Notes under the pieces: generated by a model
Databases searched by the model: none
What the model was told of the DNA's origin: nothing
The model's input: the letters and a program-made list of their open reading frames with translations, nothing else
Program-made: the position numbers and the translations under genes
In this document: one piece after another, positions 24,401-38,800 of the stretch
Layout: each line of letters opens with the position of its first letter
How positions within the stretch are numbered: position 1 is the first letter of the stretch
Assembly (NCBI RefSeq): GCF_964213995.1
Contig: NC_135801.1
Span: 82,832,001 to 82,896,000, forward strand
Length of the DNA: 64,000 nt
Source: Mustelus asterias
Taxonomy: Eukaryota
Reading direction: 5' to 3'

Positions 24401-27400
24401 GGAATTCTGAAGAATGGAACCACACCCTTGAGATTTATCAATTAAATAAAAGCAACAGACATTTACTGCAAAGGAATTTCTCCAAAATTGTCATGAATTA
24501 AGTAGCAGTGACCATTTAATTTAACAAGATTGCGCTAAACGTTGTCAATGAAATGAAAGAAATAAGAAAAAAAGAAATAGGAGCAGGAGTAGACCACATC
24601 ATCCATCGAACCTGCTTTGCCATTCAGTATGATCATGGCTGATCCTGGGTTTCAACTCCATTTGCCGACCTGATCCCTATATTCCTTAATTCCCCGAGAG
24701 ATCAAAAGTCTCTCTATCCCAACCTTAAATGTATTCAATGAGGGAGCATCCACAACCTGTAGATTAGATAATTGCGAATTCCAAAGATTCACAATCTTTT
24801 GAAGTAATTTCTAATTACTTTGTAATAAGCACAGTATAGTTACCCAGAACTTATTAATGAACGTTGTTAAATTAATTGTTCAACAGTGGAGAGAAAAGCC
24901 AGGATAGTTTTTTTCAAACATCGGCCCAGATTTTGTGGTCAGTGGTGAAGCGACAATGCTTACCGCTATCCTCGCATCAGCTGCCCACAAAGATCTAGTG
25001 ATCTCTGACATGGATTTCCCCTTTCCTGACATCTGATGCCAAGGGGGTCTTCAGGTGTTCAACAATATTGGGGCGGCACGGTAGCACAGTGGTTAGCACT
25101 GCTGCTTCACAGCTCCAGGGACCTGGGTTCGATTCCCGGCTTGGGTCACTGTCTGTGTGGAGTTTGCACGTTCTCCATGGGTTTCCTCCGGGTGCTCCGG
25201 TTTCCTCTCTCAGTCCAAAGATGTGTGGGTTAGGTTGATTGGCTATGCTAAAATTTCCCCTTAGTGTCCTGAGATGTGTAGGTTAGAGGGATTAGTGGGT
25301 AAATATGTCGGGATATGGGGGGTAGGGCCTGGGTGGGATTGTGGCCGGTGCAGACTCGATGGGCCAAATGGCCTCTTTCTGCACTGTAGGGTTTCTATGA
25401 ATAGTGATGTTATCAGGATAAGCAGCCAACCAGATTGAAATTTTCCCACAGAGAGCAAACCAGGAAGCAAAATGCTCTGAATTTTAAATGAAAAATTTCA
25501 CAGATAGCAAAATAAATGTTTGAGACGTGTTTTAATTTGATTTTCAGAAAAAAAGGTGCAGTTTGTATACTTTAACTTCATACTTAGTTGAAGTGAGGCT
25601 GTGAATAACAGTTTTTTTCTCCATCCTCCTCCACTTTGACAGGTCAAATCAATAAATCCATTTAGAATGAGGTCCGTAGCACATTTCGTTTTTAAAATTC
25701 AGGCATTTCCTCACATATTGCAAACCAAAATGAAGATGCTGATTTTAGTCCTTCAAGTAGAACTGGTTATTCATAAATATGTAAACTGGTGGGGGAAGGA
25801 GATCAGATTAAGCGCAGTATTTGTATTTTTATGTTGCTGTTTCTCTTTTAAGCGGTCACTGACTTTTCCACAAACAGAAGGGGGGAGAAAACCCATAATC
25901 TGTTAATTAGCCAACAGTTATAAACTGGAGTGTCATGGGGTCTATTTTATCTGAGACTTCCTTCTGTATTGTGAAAACTGCCATTTTCTACTGATTCAGA
26001 GGTGAGTTCTGAGACTGTCTGCAAGTGAGCGATGAAAGAAGGAGGGCTGAGCAGCAGTGATATCCTGTAATTATGAGTCCTTGCCTTACCTCAGCCTGCA
26101 TTCTCCACTCTGACGGATGCTTGGCTACGATTCCATGGATGCAGCACACTCTGCTATCATGAAATTCTTCCTAACCCTATGGAGTTCTAGCGTCCACAGG
26201 CAACTTCCTGGACATCACGATAAAGGTTTTTTTTTAAGCCTTAAAGCCAAACTTGACGCAAAGTGATTCAAATTTTGTACTCTCAAAAGCAGCAACAGAT
26301 CCTTACTAAACAAGTAAGGATATGGAATGAAGGAAAGAAAACAATAATGAAATTTCTAAAAAGCTAAAAATCAAGAAAAAAAAGCACTACCGCTAGCTTT
26401 CAAAAGAGAGATGGCAAGACAAGCAAATTTGTGTTTAGACATCCTATAGGCTGCCACCTTAGTTTCTCCACTAAGTTGCACAATCTTATTAAGGTGGAGT
26501 TTGCTGAAGATTTGCTGGATTTGTATTCGAATATATAATTTGGAAGAGGGGCTCCAAATCCAGGGCTTTTTTCAGGGCTTCCATCTTATGAAAGGTTCCC
26601 ACTGGAAAATGGCGACAAGGTTATTTCTGCTGGTTATCTTGATGGTAATGAGGGTCAGAGATTCAGAATCATCACCAAGATAAAGTTGACCTAACCTTTC
26701 TTTGAAGTGAAAGCATTTATTTTATTGGAACATGATATGAATTACCATAAGTGGCAAGTGCGACAGGCATTTGAAAACATGGTGGATATGAAATATTGTG
26801 AAATACAGCTGTGCTATTTGGCTTTGTAGCAGGTTCGGAACTAAGTGAAATTGTGGAAAGTTGCTGCTGTAGCAAAGATTAGGTGAAATGTTTATGAAAG
26901 AAATTGTGAAATGTCATCACATACAAGGTTACGGACCAAGTGCTAGAAAATGGGATTAGAATAGATAGGTGCTTCATGGCTGGTGCAGACATGATGGGCC
27001 AGAGGGCCTCTTTCCATGCTGTAAACTCTATGACTCTGTGACTCTATGACATGTGCTTGGACTTATGGCAGAAAATTTTGAAAATAAAGTAATGAATTTT
27101 TAATTTCTGAAATTCAGGGCCAGTGAGGCTGTTCAATAATAATTATGAATTTTGCATGCCTATAAAAATCCAATACACCTCATTCAAAACGTAGAACTTT
27201 TTCAAGAGTATTAATGATGTTAAACGGTCAAATTCTCATCTATTTATTGAATTCTGATTGTTCATAGGTGTGCAGGGATTTCAAAAGTGCACTAATTGGG
27301 GAAATGTAGAATCAGTGACAGTAATTTCCAGACTCTGTTTAATTGCAGAGGTGTAGAATTGTTGTCAGTGTCAGAGGGGTAATAGTGGGGAATGCTGACA

Positions 27401-30400
27401 AATTCACCATTATTACTGCAACAAAGTCTGGCTATTAAGTTTGCAGATACAACCAGGAGTGAGGCTGCAATATTTTTTAATTAATTTGCATTGCAACTGA
27501 GCGTGGGACTGGGAAATATTCTATGAATTAATTTTTAATTTGTTCAAAGCTAAGGCTGTATGGAGAGAGTGGCCTGAGGAAAGGGATTGAACTGGGAAGA
27601 TTTTTCAGCCGTCAGTGGGACTAAACAGCAGAGCTAGTTAATTCACTGTTAGTAGCGGGAAGCTGCAATTAACATTTTTAAATTGTTGCTAAAAATGGGG
27701 CCGAGCTGGTGGCTGGACGAGAGAAATAACTTTATTCTGGTGGCTATGATCAGGCAAATAACCTTTTTGTTTATCTGCAGTGGGGGCAGACTGGATACCA
27801 CAGCTATGAACATATTTTATTTGTATTTGGGGAGGGTTGGTTCTAAAGAAAAAAGAAATTGCACCCATAGAGCTGGACAAAGAACAGAGAGGGAAACCTT
27901 TTTTCAAAAAATGGAAGATTATTTTTAATTTTCCTTGTGGTAACTTCCAATGTTGGTGAATTGGCCGAGAATAGATTTTGAGCCCTGAGGTGGACCACAA
28001 CAGTGCCATCTAGAGTGCACTGTGGTTAGCACTGCTGCCTCACAGCTCCAGGGACCAGAGTTCAATTCTGGCCTCAAGTGACTGTGGAGTTTGCACATTC
28101 TCCCTGAGTTTGCATGGGTTTCCCCCGGGTGCTCCGGTTCCCTCCCACAGTCCAAAGATGTGCGGGTTAGGTTGATTGGTTATGCTAAATTGCCCTTTAG
28201 TGTCAAGGGGATTAGCAGGGTAAATACAGAGGGTTATGGGGATAGGGCCTGGGTGGGATTGTTGTCGGTGCAGGCTTGATGGGCTGAATCGCCTCCTTCT
28301 GCACTGTAGGGATTCTATGATTTTAATTGTCTTGAATCCTTTTTTTCAGTGATGTTAGATTTTTGCTGGTTGGCTAATACTTTTTTCCTTTTCTTCCCTA
28401 TTTGTTGTGTGGGTTTGGCTTACCGTTTTACAATTCTTTTATATTTCTTAATTCTATTGATCTCTCTTGATCTTAAGGAATCTTCTGTTAATTTTAACAA
28501 CATCTTATGTTTGATTCTTTTTCCAGCTGGATCCCATTAGCTTCACTTTCCTCATTCATTTATGCTTGGTATTTCAGAACTTGATCATCCTCAGTGTTAA
28601 GTTTGTGTTCCAAATTTCAGCACCATTGTTCTGACCTTTTGAGTGGTGACTCTTTTATGGAAACAAACTACTGTATGATGGATATAAACTTCAGCATTTT
28701 ATATTTCATCTTGTCACCTTAGCCTTGTAATTCAAAAAGACTTTTGTTTTTGAACATTCAGATTTTGGTTGGTGCTCTGAAATTCTTTCTGGGTAAAGAT
28801 GAAGATGAAAAAAATGAGAGCGATTTGGAATCTGAGGTATGTCTGAAAGCTTTATTCTTGAATCAGATGAGGCATTAAGGACAGATTTTCAGAATGATTG
28901 GAAATAGGTAGGATTTGATTACTTAACGTATACATGCGTGATTTAGATATAAGATGAGAGGGAGTGGTGCTTTAGTATGTAGATAGTAATAAAGTAGGAA
29001 GCAAAGGAGTAATGGATGATGTGAAATAGCAGAAGAATTTGGAAGTTCAGGTTAGAAGACATTAAAAGTAACCCCAAAATAAGATTTTTTTTTCATGGGA
29101 TGTGGGTGTCGCTGGCTGGGCTGACATTTGTTCAACTGAGTGGCTTGCTAGGCCATTTAAGAGTCAACCAACATCTGTGGGTCTGGAGTCATGTGTAAGT
29201 CAGAACAGGTCAGGATGGCAGATTTCCTTCCCTAAAGGGACATTAGTAAACAAGTTAGCTTAATATTTATCATAGGAAAATGTTAAAAGTTATTATTAAA
29301 GATGTTATAGCAGGGTTTAAGGCAGTCAGGCAGAATTAACATGGCTTTGTGAAAGGGAAATCACATTTAACCACTTTCTTGGAGTTCTTTGAAGGAGTCA
29401 CCTGTGCTGGGGATAAAGGGGAACTGGTGGATGCATTGTACTTAGATTTCCAGGAGGCATTTGATAAGGTACCACATCAAAGATTATTGCAGAAAATAGA
29501 AGCTCATGTTGTAGGGGGTAACATATTGATATAGATTGAAGATTGGCTAGCTAGCAGGAAACAGAGGGTCACCATTGTCTTTTTCTGTTTGGCAGGATAT
29601 AATGAGTGGTGTCACAAGGATCAGTGCTGGGGCCTGAACATTTTACAATATCTATAAATGACTTTGATGGGACAGACAATATGACCATGAGACATAGGAG
29701 CAGAATTAGGCCAGTCGGCCCATCGAGTCTGTTCCGCCATTCAATCATGGCTGATATTTTTCTCATCCCCATTCTCTTGCCTTTTCCCCATAATCCCTGA
29801 TCCCCTTATCAATCAAGGACCTATCCATCTCTGCCTTAATGACACTCGATGACCTGGCTTCCACAGCCTTCTGCAGTAAAGAGTTGCACAGATTCACTAC
29901 TCTCTGGCTGAAGAAATTCCTCCTCATCTCTGTTTTAAAGGATCGTCCCTTTAGTCTGAGGTTGTGCTCTCTGGTTCTAATTTTTCCTACTAGTGGAAAC
30001 ATCCTCTCCATGTCCAGTCTATCCAGGCCTTGCAGTATCCTGTAAGTTTCAATAAGATTCCACCCCCCCCCCTCATCCTTCTAAACTCCAACGAGTACAT
30101 ACCCAGAGTCCTCAACTGTTCCTCAGAAGATCCCTCATTCCAGGGATCATTCTTGTTAACTTCCTCTGGACCCTTTCCAAGGCCAGATATGGTTGCTAAA
30201 TTTAATGACAGCACAAAAATAGGTAGGAAAGTAAGTTGTGAAGAGTACGTAAGGAGACTACGATATGACATAGGTTAAGTGAGTGGGCAAATGGAGTATA
30301 ATGTGGGAAAATGTGAAATTGTCCAGTTTGGCAGGAAGATTTAGGATTACTGCTCACGTGGATGGTAACCACCATCATGGACTGGTTCGGCCAAACAACA

Positions 30401-32800
30401 GTCTGCTATATATCATAATTTCTGTGCAGTTCTATGCAAAAGGCAAGCGTTATCTGTTAAATAATCTTATGGACAATTTATTTTAAGGATGAAGGACCAA
30501 CAACACGAGACATAACCTTGAAATACGCAACGGCAAAGAAATCTACAAAAAACAAAAAGAAGCTAGAAAAGGCTCTGAAAGTCCTAAAAGTAAGCCATTG
30601 TTTGAGCAGTGAAGTATTTTTGTTGCTGAATAATAGCTAATATGAAGATTAGTCATGCCAGCAGTTAAACTTAGAGCTGTTATATAAAGGAGGAGGAGAC
30701 ATGTAATTTATTAAACAAATGTGAGATTTCCCACACTAGCAATATCTAGAGTTTTCCAGGTGAAATCAGCAGTTATCTGCCAACTTATTCCCTCATTGTG
30801 TGCAACATATAAGCTTTTTTAATAACAATTAATTGACTTAACATCAAGCACTATGGGTGGAATTTTACCTTTTTGCACTGAGTGCTGGCTGAGGTGTGAA
30901 AACCAGTGTGCAGCTGGACAGCTGGCTTTTTACGCCACATTGTGCAAAAAAAAGGTGTGGCTGGAGGGTTGGAAAAAGCCAGCGACGTCAGGATTCCCCG
31001 ATCTCTGATTTCAGAAAAATAGGAATCCCCCCCTCCCTTTCCCCCGACACACACGGACAACTTCCCAACCCCCCTTCCAGGAAACGGGGGAACACCCACC
31101 CCCAACCCCCTCCCCAAGATAAGGGGAATTATAAGGAGAATTCCACACCCATTGGAACTTCCCAGAGGGATCCCCCTTGGTACTGCTGTGGTGCCAGGGT
31201 ACTGCCTGGGCATGTCCCCCCACCCCTGCCGCCCGGGCCTATACTTAGCTGTGTCCCCCCTAGTGGGGTCCAGCTGCCTGGTTCCCGTTTTTTAAAACCT
31301 GTTGTAAACCTCACCGACATGGCGTCATGTCGGCAAGAGGGGAGATCCCAATGTGGGGAGAGTATATGGCAGAGGAGCCCTTTGCTGTCATAATTTATTA
31401 AATGAACCTCATTATGTCACCAGCAGCGAGTGGAGAAAATCTGAAAAAGAGATTTTGCCAGCAAGATTCTAGTTTTCTGTCTCTTGCGGGATTTTGCAAC
31501 CATGTTGCTGTCGCCATGGTGCAGAATCCTGGCTGTTGAGTTGTGCTGTTAGCTGGACAGTGGTTTTCATAAGTCTGGGATAGAAGTGCATCCAATTCCT
31601 GTAATTGAACTTATATTTGTTGGGGAACTTGCATGAAATGCAATGGGTCAGACTCAGCCTATTTCCTGTTGGCTTTTCAGCATAAAACTGTTCAAAATTC
31701 AGTGCAAGATGACACTAAATTAGCAGCCACATTCGGATATGTGAGAGGTACAGTATAGGGAACTGGGGATGTCACAGTCCTGCGCGATGCTTCTGAGGTT
31801 GGGGGCAGTGCATCTTGTTAAGAGTGAATTGGCTGCTTAATACTGACACCGGCTTCTCAATGGGGAAGTGTTAGATTTTCTAATACTAGAATCCCTCTCC
31901 TCAATAAGCATAAAAAGTTTCTAAATCAAAAAAGATTTACAATTATAAAATTGTATAAACTTTATAATTTGATTAAATGTTGCTTGTGCTTACTAAAGAA
32001 CAATAAGCATCCAAGGTGCTTTTTATCTTTGTGTATGGGTTCCTTTCTAAAGGCCCTTAATTTTAGTTTATTAATTTATTAACTTAAGTTTCTGTTTCAA
32101 TTTACTTTTTACAGAAACATAAAAACAAGAAAAAGGCAGAAGTATTTAATTTTTCAGCTATTCACCTGATTCATGATCCACAAGGTAAAAAATTAACTGC
32201 ATTAAATCAAAGTCAAGTTGTGACGCGGTTAACCATTTCCAAATGAATATTCTGTCTCACCGTTTCTCCCCTTGTGGCTGATAAAACAATTGATCTCATT
32301 TTGCTGCAGTCCAAATGGCCAGTAGTTATTGTTTAGTTCTGTTCTCTAAGTAATTGTCATTATATTCATTATGTAAGTGTTATGAGTAAATACCGAGAGG
32401 CTATTTGACTGTGACGAGCACCAGAGGGGCGATTCTCCCGAAAAAATTCTAAGTGTCGAATTCACGCGAAAACTGGAGTAAATCACACTGGTTTTTTCAG
32501 TGGGAGTTCAGAAAAGAATTTCCCACACTTGGTGCACTACTGAGTGCACCAGCGTAAATCATGTTAGAAATCAGTGGGCGGGGCCTAATTCCCACCCAGG
32601 AGGCAGGCAGCATAGCGCTGAAAGGGCCACTGCGTGTGTGCTGATCTGTCAACGCTGAGATCGGTGCATGCGCAGTGGCCCCTGACTGCCAGCCTCCTGA
32701 TTGCTGGCCAGCTCGATTGTTGGCCAGCCCTGTGATCCCTGCAACTCCAGCCCCCACTGACCTGATTGCTGGCCCCACGAGCATGCCCAGGACCAGTCTC

Positions 32801-32831
<31 letters not shown>

Positions 32832-35800
32832 CACACCACCCTGCCGGAGCCCCGATCTTCCAATCCCGTCATCCCCCAAGCAGGCTGACCACTCCCACCT
32901 GATGGGCAGCCCTGATCGCTGGCCTCTCTCCCTCTGCTCGTGATCCCAAATGCAGAGTGGCATTGGCACTGCCCCATGCCCGGTGGGCAGTGCCAAGGTG
33001 CCCCCTGCGCATTGGCACTTTGCCCTTTAGGCAGTGCCAGGGGGCTCAGGCTAGCACTGCCAAAGTGCCAATGCACGAGGGGATTCCAGCAGGGTCGGGC
33101 CGCTAGCTCCCCGCAAGTGGGGAGCTACTGTAAACCCTGCTGGAGTGAAACATTCTTTGGCATACAACTTCGTGCCGCTGATGGCACCAGAAATTCGGCG
33201 CTGGGAGACATACTTGGGGTTGGACGCCCAGTGCGGATCACACTAATCCGGCCCCGCTGAAATCTCCCGCCCGCTGCACTAAAAAATCAGTAAAGCGGGA
33301 TGGGAGATTCGTGCGCCACTCCTCCCGCCCCATCCCCCATATGATCCCCTGACCATGAGCTGTGTTCACATGCACGGTGTTGTGATATGGGATAGCAAAT
33401 TACAACTATAAGTAGTAGCATAAGATTTGCTCATCCCAAATTCTGGAGCACTTGTGGACAACTGTATTGACCTTAATATTGCCTCAGCTGAGATCTGGGA
33501 TTTTCTAAATTTATTCAATTTGTAGCACAAGCATTACCTCGGAATCATCAGGTCTCTGTGAGTTAATTTGCGTCCTGGGATTTTATCAATTGAATAATCA
33601 GCAGTTATGTACATAGGAATATTACAGTTTTAGAAATGGTACAAGGCTATTATTGCCAATAAGTTTATCCTTTTTGATGAAAATCAGTTGGTTCTATATG
33701 CATTAATTTTCCCCCAATGCCTTTTCTATTAATTTGCAGATACAGTCCTTGTCAGATGATCGAGCACTCGAATATTTGCCTCATACCTTTTGTGGTTCTA
33801 AGTTGAGAAGCTGTTAGATGCTAATGCCATAAATTAGTTACTGCCCATGTGATGACTTTAGTCCGTTCAAACTATTAGTGAAGTTGTTCCTTATAGAGAG
33901 AAAGATGTTAACTTCTGGAATAGAAATATTTTTGTTTTGACTGATTTACATTATGGATAAGAAAATGGTAGCATTCCCTTGTGTAAAATTCATGGAAATG
34001 AAAACTTGGTCAAGTTACTTAGGTCTAAATGATACAGAAACATTCTGCATCTGTCCCTAATTGGTCAAAATTTGCTTTAACCTGTGTCACTTGATGAAAT
34101 TTTTATGATTCATTTTGTTGCAGGTTTTGCAGAAAAACTTTTCAAACATTTGGAAGATTCTAAGGAAAGATTTGAAGTTAAGATGATGATGATGGATCTA
34201 ATATCAAGATTGATTGGGATTCATGAGGTGAATTTTTTAACCTTCATAAACAAAACTTTACAGAAATAATTCTTTGGCAGTACAATTCAAATGATGAATG
34301 CAAAGGAAACCAAGGTTCCATTGTGTTAAATAACCAAATATGCAGCACTAGCAATCATTATAGTTTAAAAAAAAGGTTAAGACGCCACAGTCCTAGATGA
34401 CCCCTTTGCTCACCCCTTTGAGGCAGAGAGCTGACCGGTGGTGATTTAACCTGAGGATCACCATACCTCAGGCAAGAGGCAAGGTTGGGAAAGTCTTCAT
34501 GAATAACCTCAGCCGGTGTGACAATAGAACCTGTGCGGTTGACGTTGCTCTGCATCACAAACCAACTGTCCAACCAACTGAGCTAACCGACCCCCCAATC
34601 ATTGTGGTAACACCAGGCCAGTCATCAAAGGATCCTTCAGGCTTCAGTGGTTCATTAGTACTATCCTTGCCTCTGAATCAGAAGCTGTGGGTTTATGCCA
34701 TACTCCAAGACTTGAGCATATGATCTAGGGTGGTGCTTCTTGTAGTAATGAAGGTGAGTCCCATTGTCAAATGTGCTATCCTTTGGATGAGACATTAAAC
34801 TCAGGATATAAAAGATCTCCTACTATTCAAAGCAGAACAAAGTAGTTCTCCTGGTGCCTGTCTTCAACATTTATTCCTCGAGCAGTGCCACCAATTAATT
34901 AGTCATTTTCTTCATTGGTTGCAAGACCTTGCTGTGTGCAGATTATGTTTTGAAACAATGACTCAAAAATAATTGATTGAAACAGTCTGGGAATGTGAAA
35001 GGTGCCAAATAACAACCACTACTTGCATTTATAAGTGCATTCTATTGCACTTTTAAAATAATAAAACATATCAAGATACTTAATTGGACTGTTGCCAAGT
35101 AAAATTTAATATTGAGTCACATGAGATATTAACACAGATCATTAGAAGATAATGGCAAAATATTGTGAATGCTGGAATCTGAAACAAAAACAGAGCAGCT
35201 CTGATGGAGAGTCATCCTGACACGAAATGTTGGCTCTATTCTCTCTCCCAGATGCTGTTACATCTGCTGAGTTTTTCCAGCATTTTCAGATCTTTAAAAG
35301 ATGAAGGGGACAATTCTCCTAAAAACATTCTAAATGTCAAATTCGCATATGAACTAAAGTAAATCCCGCTGTTTTTTTCAGCAGGACTTTCAAAATGAAT
35401 CTCCCACACTCTGCACTGCAGAGTGCACCAGCGTGATTCACGCAAAAAAGCTGTGGGCTGAGCCTATCCCTGGTGGAGCGGCTGGCAGTATAGTGCCAAG
35501 TGGGCCACTGCACATGCGCTGATCTGTCAGCGCTGAGATCGGCGCATGTGCAGTTGCCCTGCACTGCCGGCTTCCTGATCACTGGCCAACTCGATTGCTG
35601 GCCAGCCCCGTGACCCCGTAATGTTGCCCCTCCGAATGTGTCTGGGCCAGCCACCCCCCTACCCCCAGCCTACCTCACTCCCCCCTCCCTCACCTGGATG
35701 GCCAGCCCCAATAACTGACCTCCCTTTGTCACTGCCGAGTGCAGAGTGGCAGTGGGGCCCTCCACCTCCATTCATCTCTCCTCCCCCTAGAGGCTCCACC

Positions 35801-38800
35801 TCTCCATTAGGCCCCACGCCCTTGGCACTGCCCAGGACCTGGTGGGCAGTGCCAAGGTGCCCCCTGGGAATTGCCACTTTGCCCTTGGGCATGGGGCAGT
35901 ACCAAGGGGCCAGAGTGGCACTGCCAAGGTAGCAATGCCCAGGGGTACCCCCCTCACCCCATACCTCCTGGGGGAACTCTGGGCCTCCATGGCCCCCCAT
36001 CACTCCTGCCAGTGGGGAGCTATCATAAACCCCATTGGAGTGAAGCTCTCCTGGCCGGGGACGGGGATGTGGAGGCTAGCAGGCCCGGAGACATCAGACA
36101 ACTGAATAAGAGAAACAAAATAGCTGCTGGCGTGAATTGCTAACCTGTCTCTGGTAACACGTTGATCTCTTGGTTTATGAACACTATTTTCAATTGAACT
36201 TTTGTATCTTGCTCCAGATTCTCATTATAGGTATAGTACTCAAATCTGGCTACCTAAAAACTCGACATTTTTTAAACAATCCATGCAAGAATACCCCATG
36301 GAGACAAGTGCATAACTAAAAGTTTAATAATTTAAGCATTCAGCCTCCAAAAGATTTTAAATTCTCGGCTGGTTTTAGTTAGTGAATTAACCACCAATCC
36401 GCAGTACAAAGCAAAATTGCAGATGTGGCCTCTTGCCTGTAGGAGAATGAAGAATAGAGTGAATGCTTCCATGCAGTATCACGTGCCTGCCATTTCCCGT
36501 GTTCCAAGTAGTCAAAGTGACCCTTGATCTCAACGAGCTAGCTAGGCCCAACCTAGCTAGGCCCAAGTCAAACCTTAGTTACAACATGGTGCCAGTCTCA
36601 CCATTAGTGCCCTGCTGCAGGTATCACTGGTGAATGGAAGTACTGTATGCCAGTTTCCTTTGTTACTGACAGGTAAGCAGCACCTAGGACCATCCATGGA
36701 AACGACATGACCTGTAGAATGAAAAGAAGCAACATAGCAGAGGCAAATAGCCAGATTCCAGGGCCAACAAGACCCATAAGATTCCAGGGCCAACAAGACC
36801 CATAAAGGAGAGATCAACACCTAGGAGCAGACATGTTGCAATATACATGAGGCTGAAACTAACTATCACCTCACTAGCACAATAGATGAGAACAAACCAT
36901 TGGGTGGAGTGTATTTGCATTTTCTGAAGACTTTCGATAAGGTCCCGCACGAGGTTAGTAAACAAAGTTAGAGCACAGTGGATTGGGAGCAATATACTGG
37001 CGATAAGACTGAGAATTAACAGAGTCATATGTAGGCCAGACCAGGTAAAGATGGCAGATTTCCTTCCCTAAAGGACAATAGTGAACCAGATGGGTTTTTA
37101 CGACAGAATAAGGAGGTAGGCCATTTAGAACTGAGCTGAGGAGGAATTTCTTCACTCAGAGGATGGTAACCCTTTGGAATGTTCCTTGCCAGAGGCTCAG
37201 TCATTGAGCATGTTCAAGACAAAGATTGGTAGATTCTTAGATAGTAAGTACATCAAGAGATATGGGGATGGAACAGGAAAATGGTGTTGAGGTGATCTAA
37301 TTGAATGATGGAGTAGACTCAAGGGGCTGAATGGTCTCCTCTTCCTTCTATTTCTGATGTTCTTTGCCTTCAAAAACTGACAAGATCTGAAATCTGCAAC
37401 GGACTTGGTCCTGAGATTGCCAGTTTTGAGACACTCTACCTTTAATGTTTTTCTGAATTTTGTGTTTAACTTTATGTTTTTGAACTTGATAAAACACTGG
37501 GGCAGCACCCTGTTGATTACAGATTGAGGCTTGGATAGTTATTTTTCAAAGAATAATTGAATGTTCGCTATATTGTATAGATTTGTAATCTTGTATTCTA
37601 TTGGAGCACAAGTATTTCCCCAAAATATGATAAAACAATTTCAGGTGAGAAAACTGGTGCAAGTACGAATTGGATTGTGATCTTCCCAAACTTGGTCATT
37701 TTCTGGAAGAGGGGCAAGTTTTGCACCAGTTCTGAGAGCCTAAACATGCTGGCAAGCCTCGCTTCACAGAGATCGGGCACCGTTTTTAAAGGGTGTCTCA
37801 ATCTCAACATGAAATTGAAGATCCCTCTCCCTTTGGACATTGGGTCGCCAGGGTGCTGGGGGCAATGCCAGGTGGGAACTGCCCAGCCATGTCCCCGACT
37901 ACCCAGGGGCTTCAAAGGCTCCAAGCCCCTTGGCATGGCCATTATACCTGGTTTCCGTTTGTGAAGTCCAGTAGTGATTCACACCAGGTTCCTGCTGCAC
38001 CTGAAGGTTGGAGAGTCCTGGGAGTAGGGAGAATCCAACTTGAAATTGGCTAAACGTATTTATATTTTAAAATGCTAATTTGGTTCCTGCGCTTGCTGGG
38101 TGGGAACCAAATTACATTGGGGCGCAGGGCTGGGAAAATACCAAAAGGGGTTCTTGCCGGAGCTAAATGTGCTAGGCCCCGCGCCTGTGAATCTCTGACC
38201 CCGCACAGCCTCAATCTGCACTGGGTGCAACACAGCCAGAAAATTGCCCTGTAATCTTAATTTAGAGTCTAGATGCCCAAGGCATTGCCTTTGCCTGGAA
38301 CATTTGTATTCATGGGCTAGTGACATTTATAGCCACAAAATGAAACTTTTAACTCTTTCCTTGACGTGAAAAGGGAAAGAATAGCCTTGTGCACCGTTGT
38401 TTCACTTGTTTCTCCTTTTTCCTCCCAGTTATTCCTGTTTAACTTCTACCCATTCGCACAACGTTTCCTTCAGCCACATCAAAGAGGTGAGACTATTTCC
38501 AGTATTATTTATTTGTAGCAAAGCCATTGAATGTATTTACATGTGGGGAATTATGCTTGGAGCCCAAAGAAGTAGGGGAGATCCTAAATGAATACTTTGC
38601 GTCGGTATTCACAAAGGAGAGGGATGTGTTGACTGGGAGTGTCTCGGAGGGGAGTGTTGAACCGTTGGAGAAAATCTCCATTACAAAGGAGGAAGTGTTA
38701 GGTTTGTTAGAGAAGTTAAAGACTGACAAATCCCCAGGGCCTGATGGAATCTATCCAAGGCTGCTCAGGGAGACGAGAGATGAAATCGCTGGGCCTCTGA

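Noticed and set aside
32803-32832. C30 homopolymer
   Set aside because: Lies within a repeat at a position that is C-rich in its relative; the length is unreliable in assemblies.
30851-36143. Many overlapping Pro/Gly-rich ORFs of 100-165 aa
   Set aside because: They lie in GC-rich repeats with few stop codons, on both strands, without splice or homology support.
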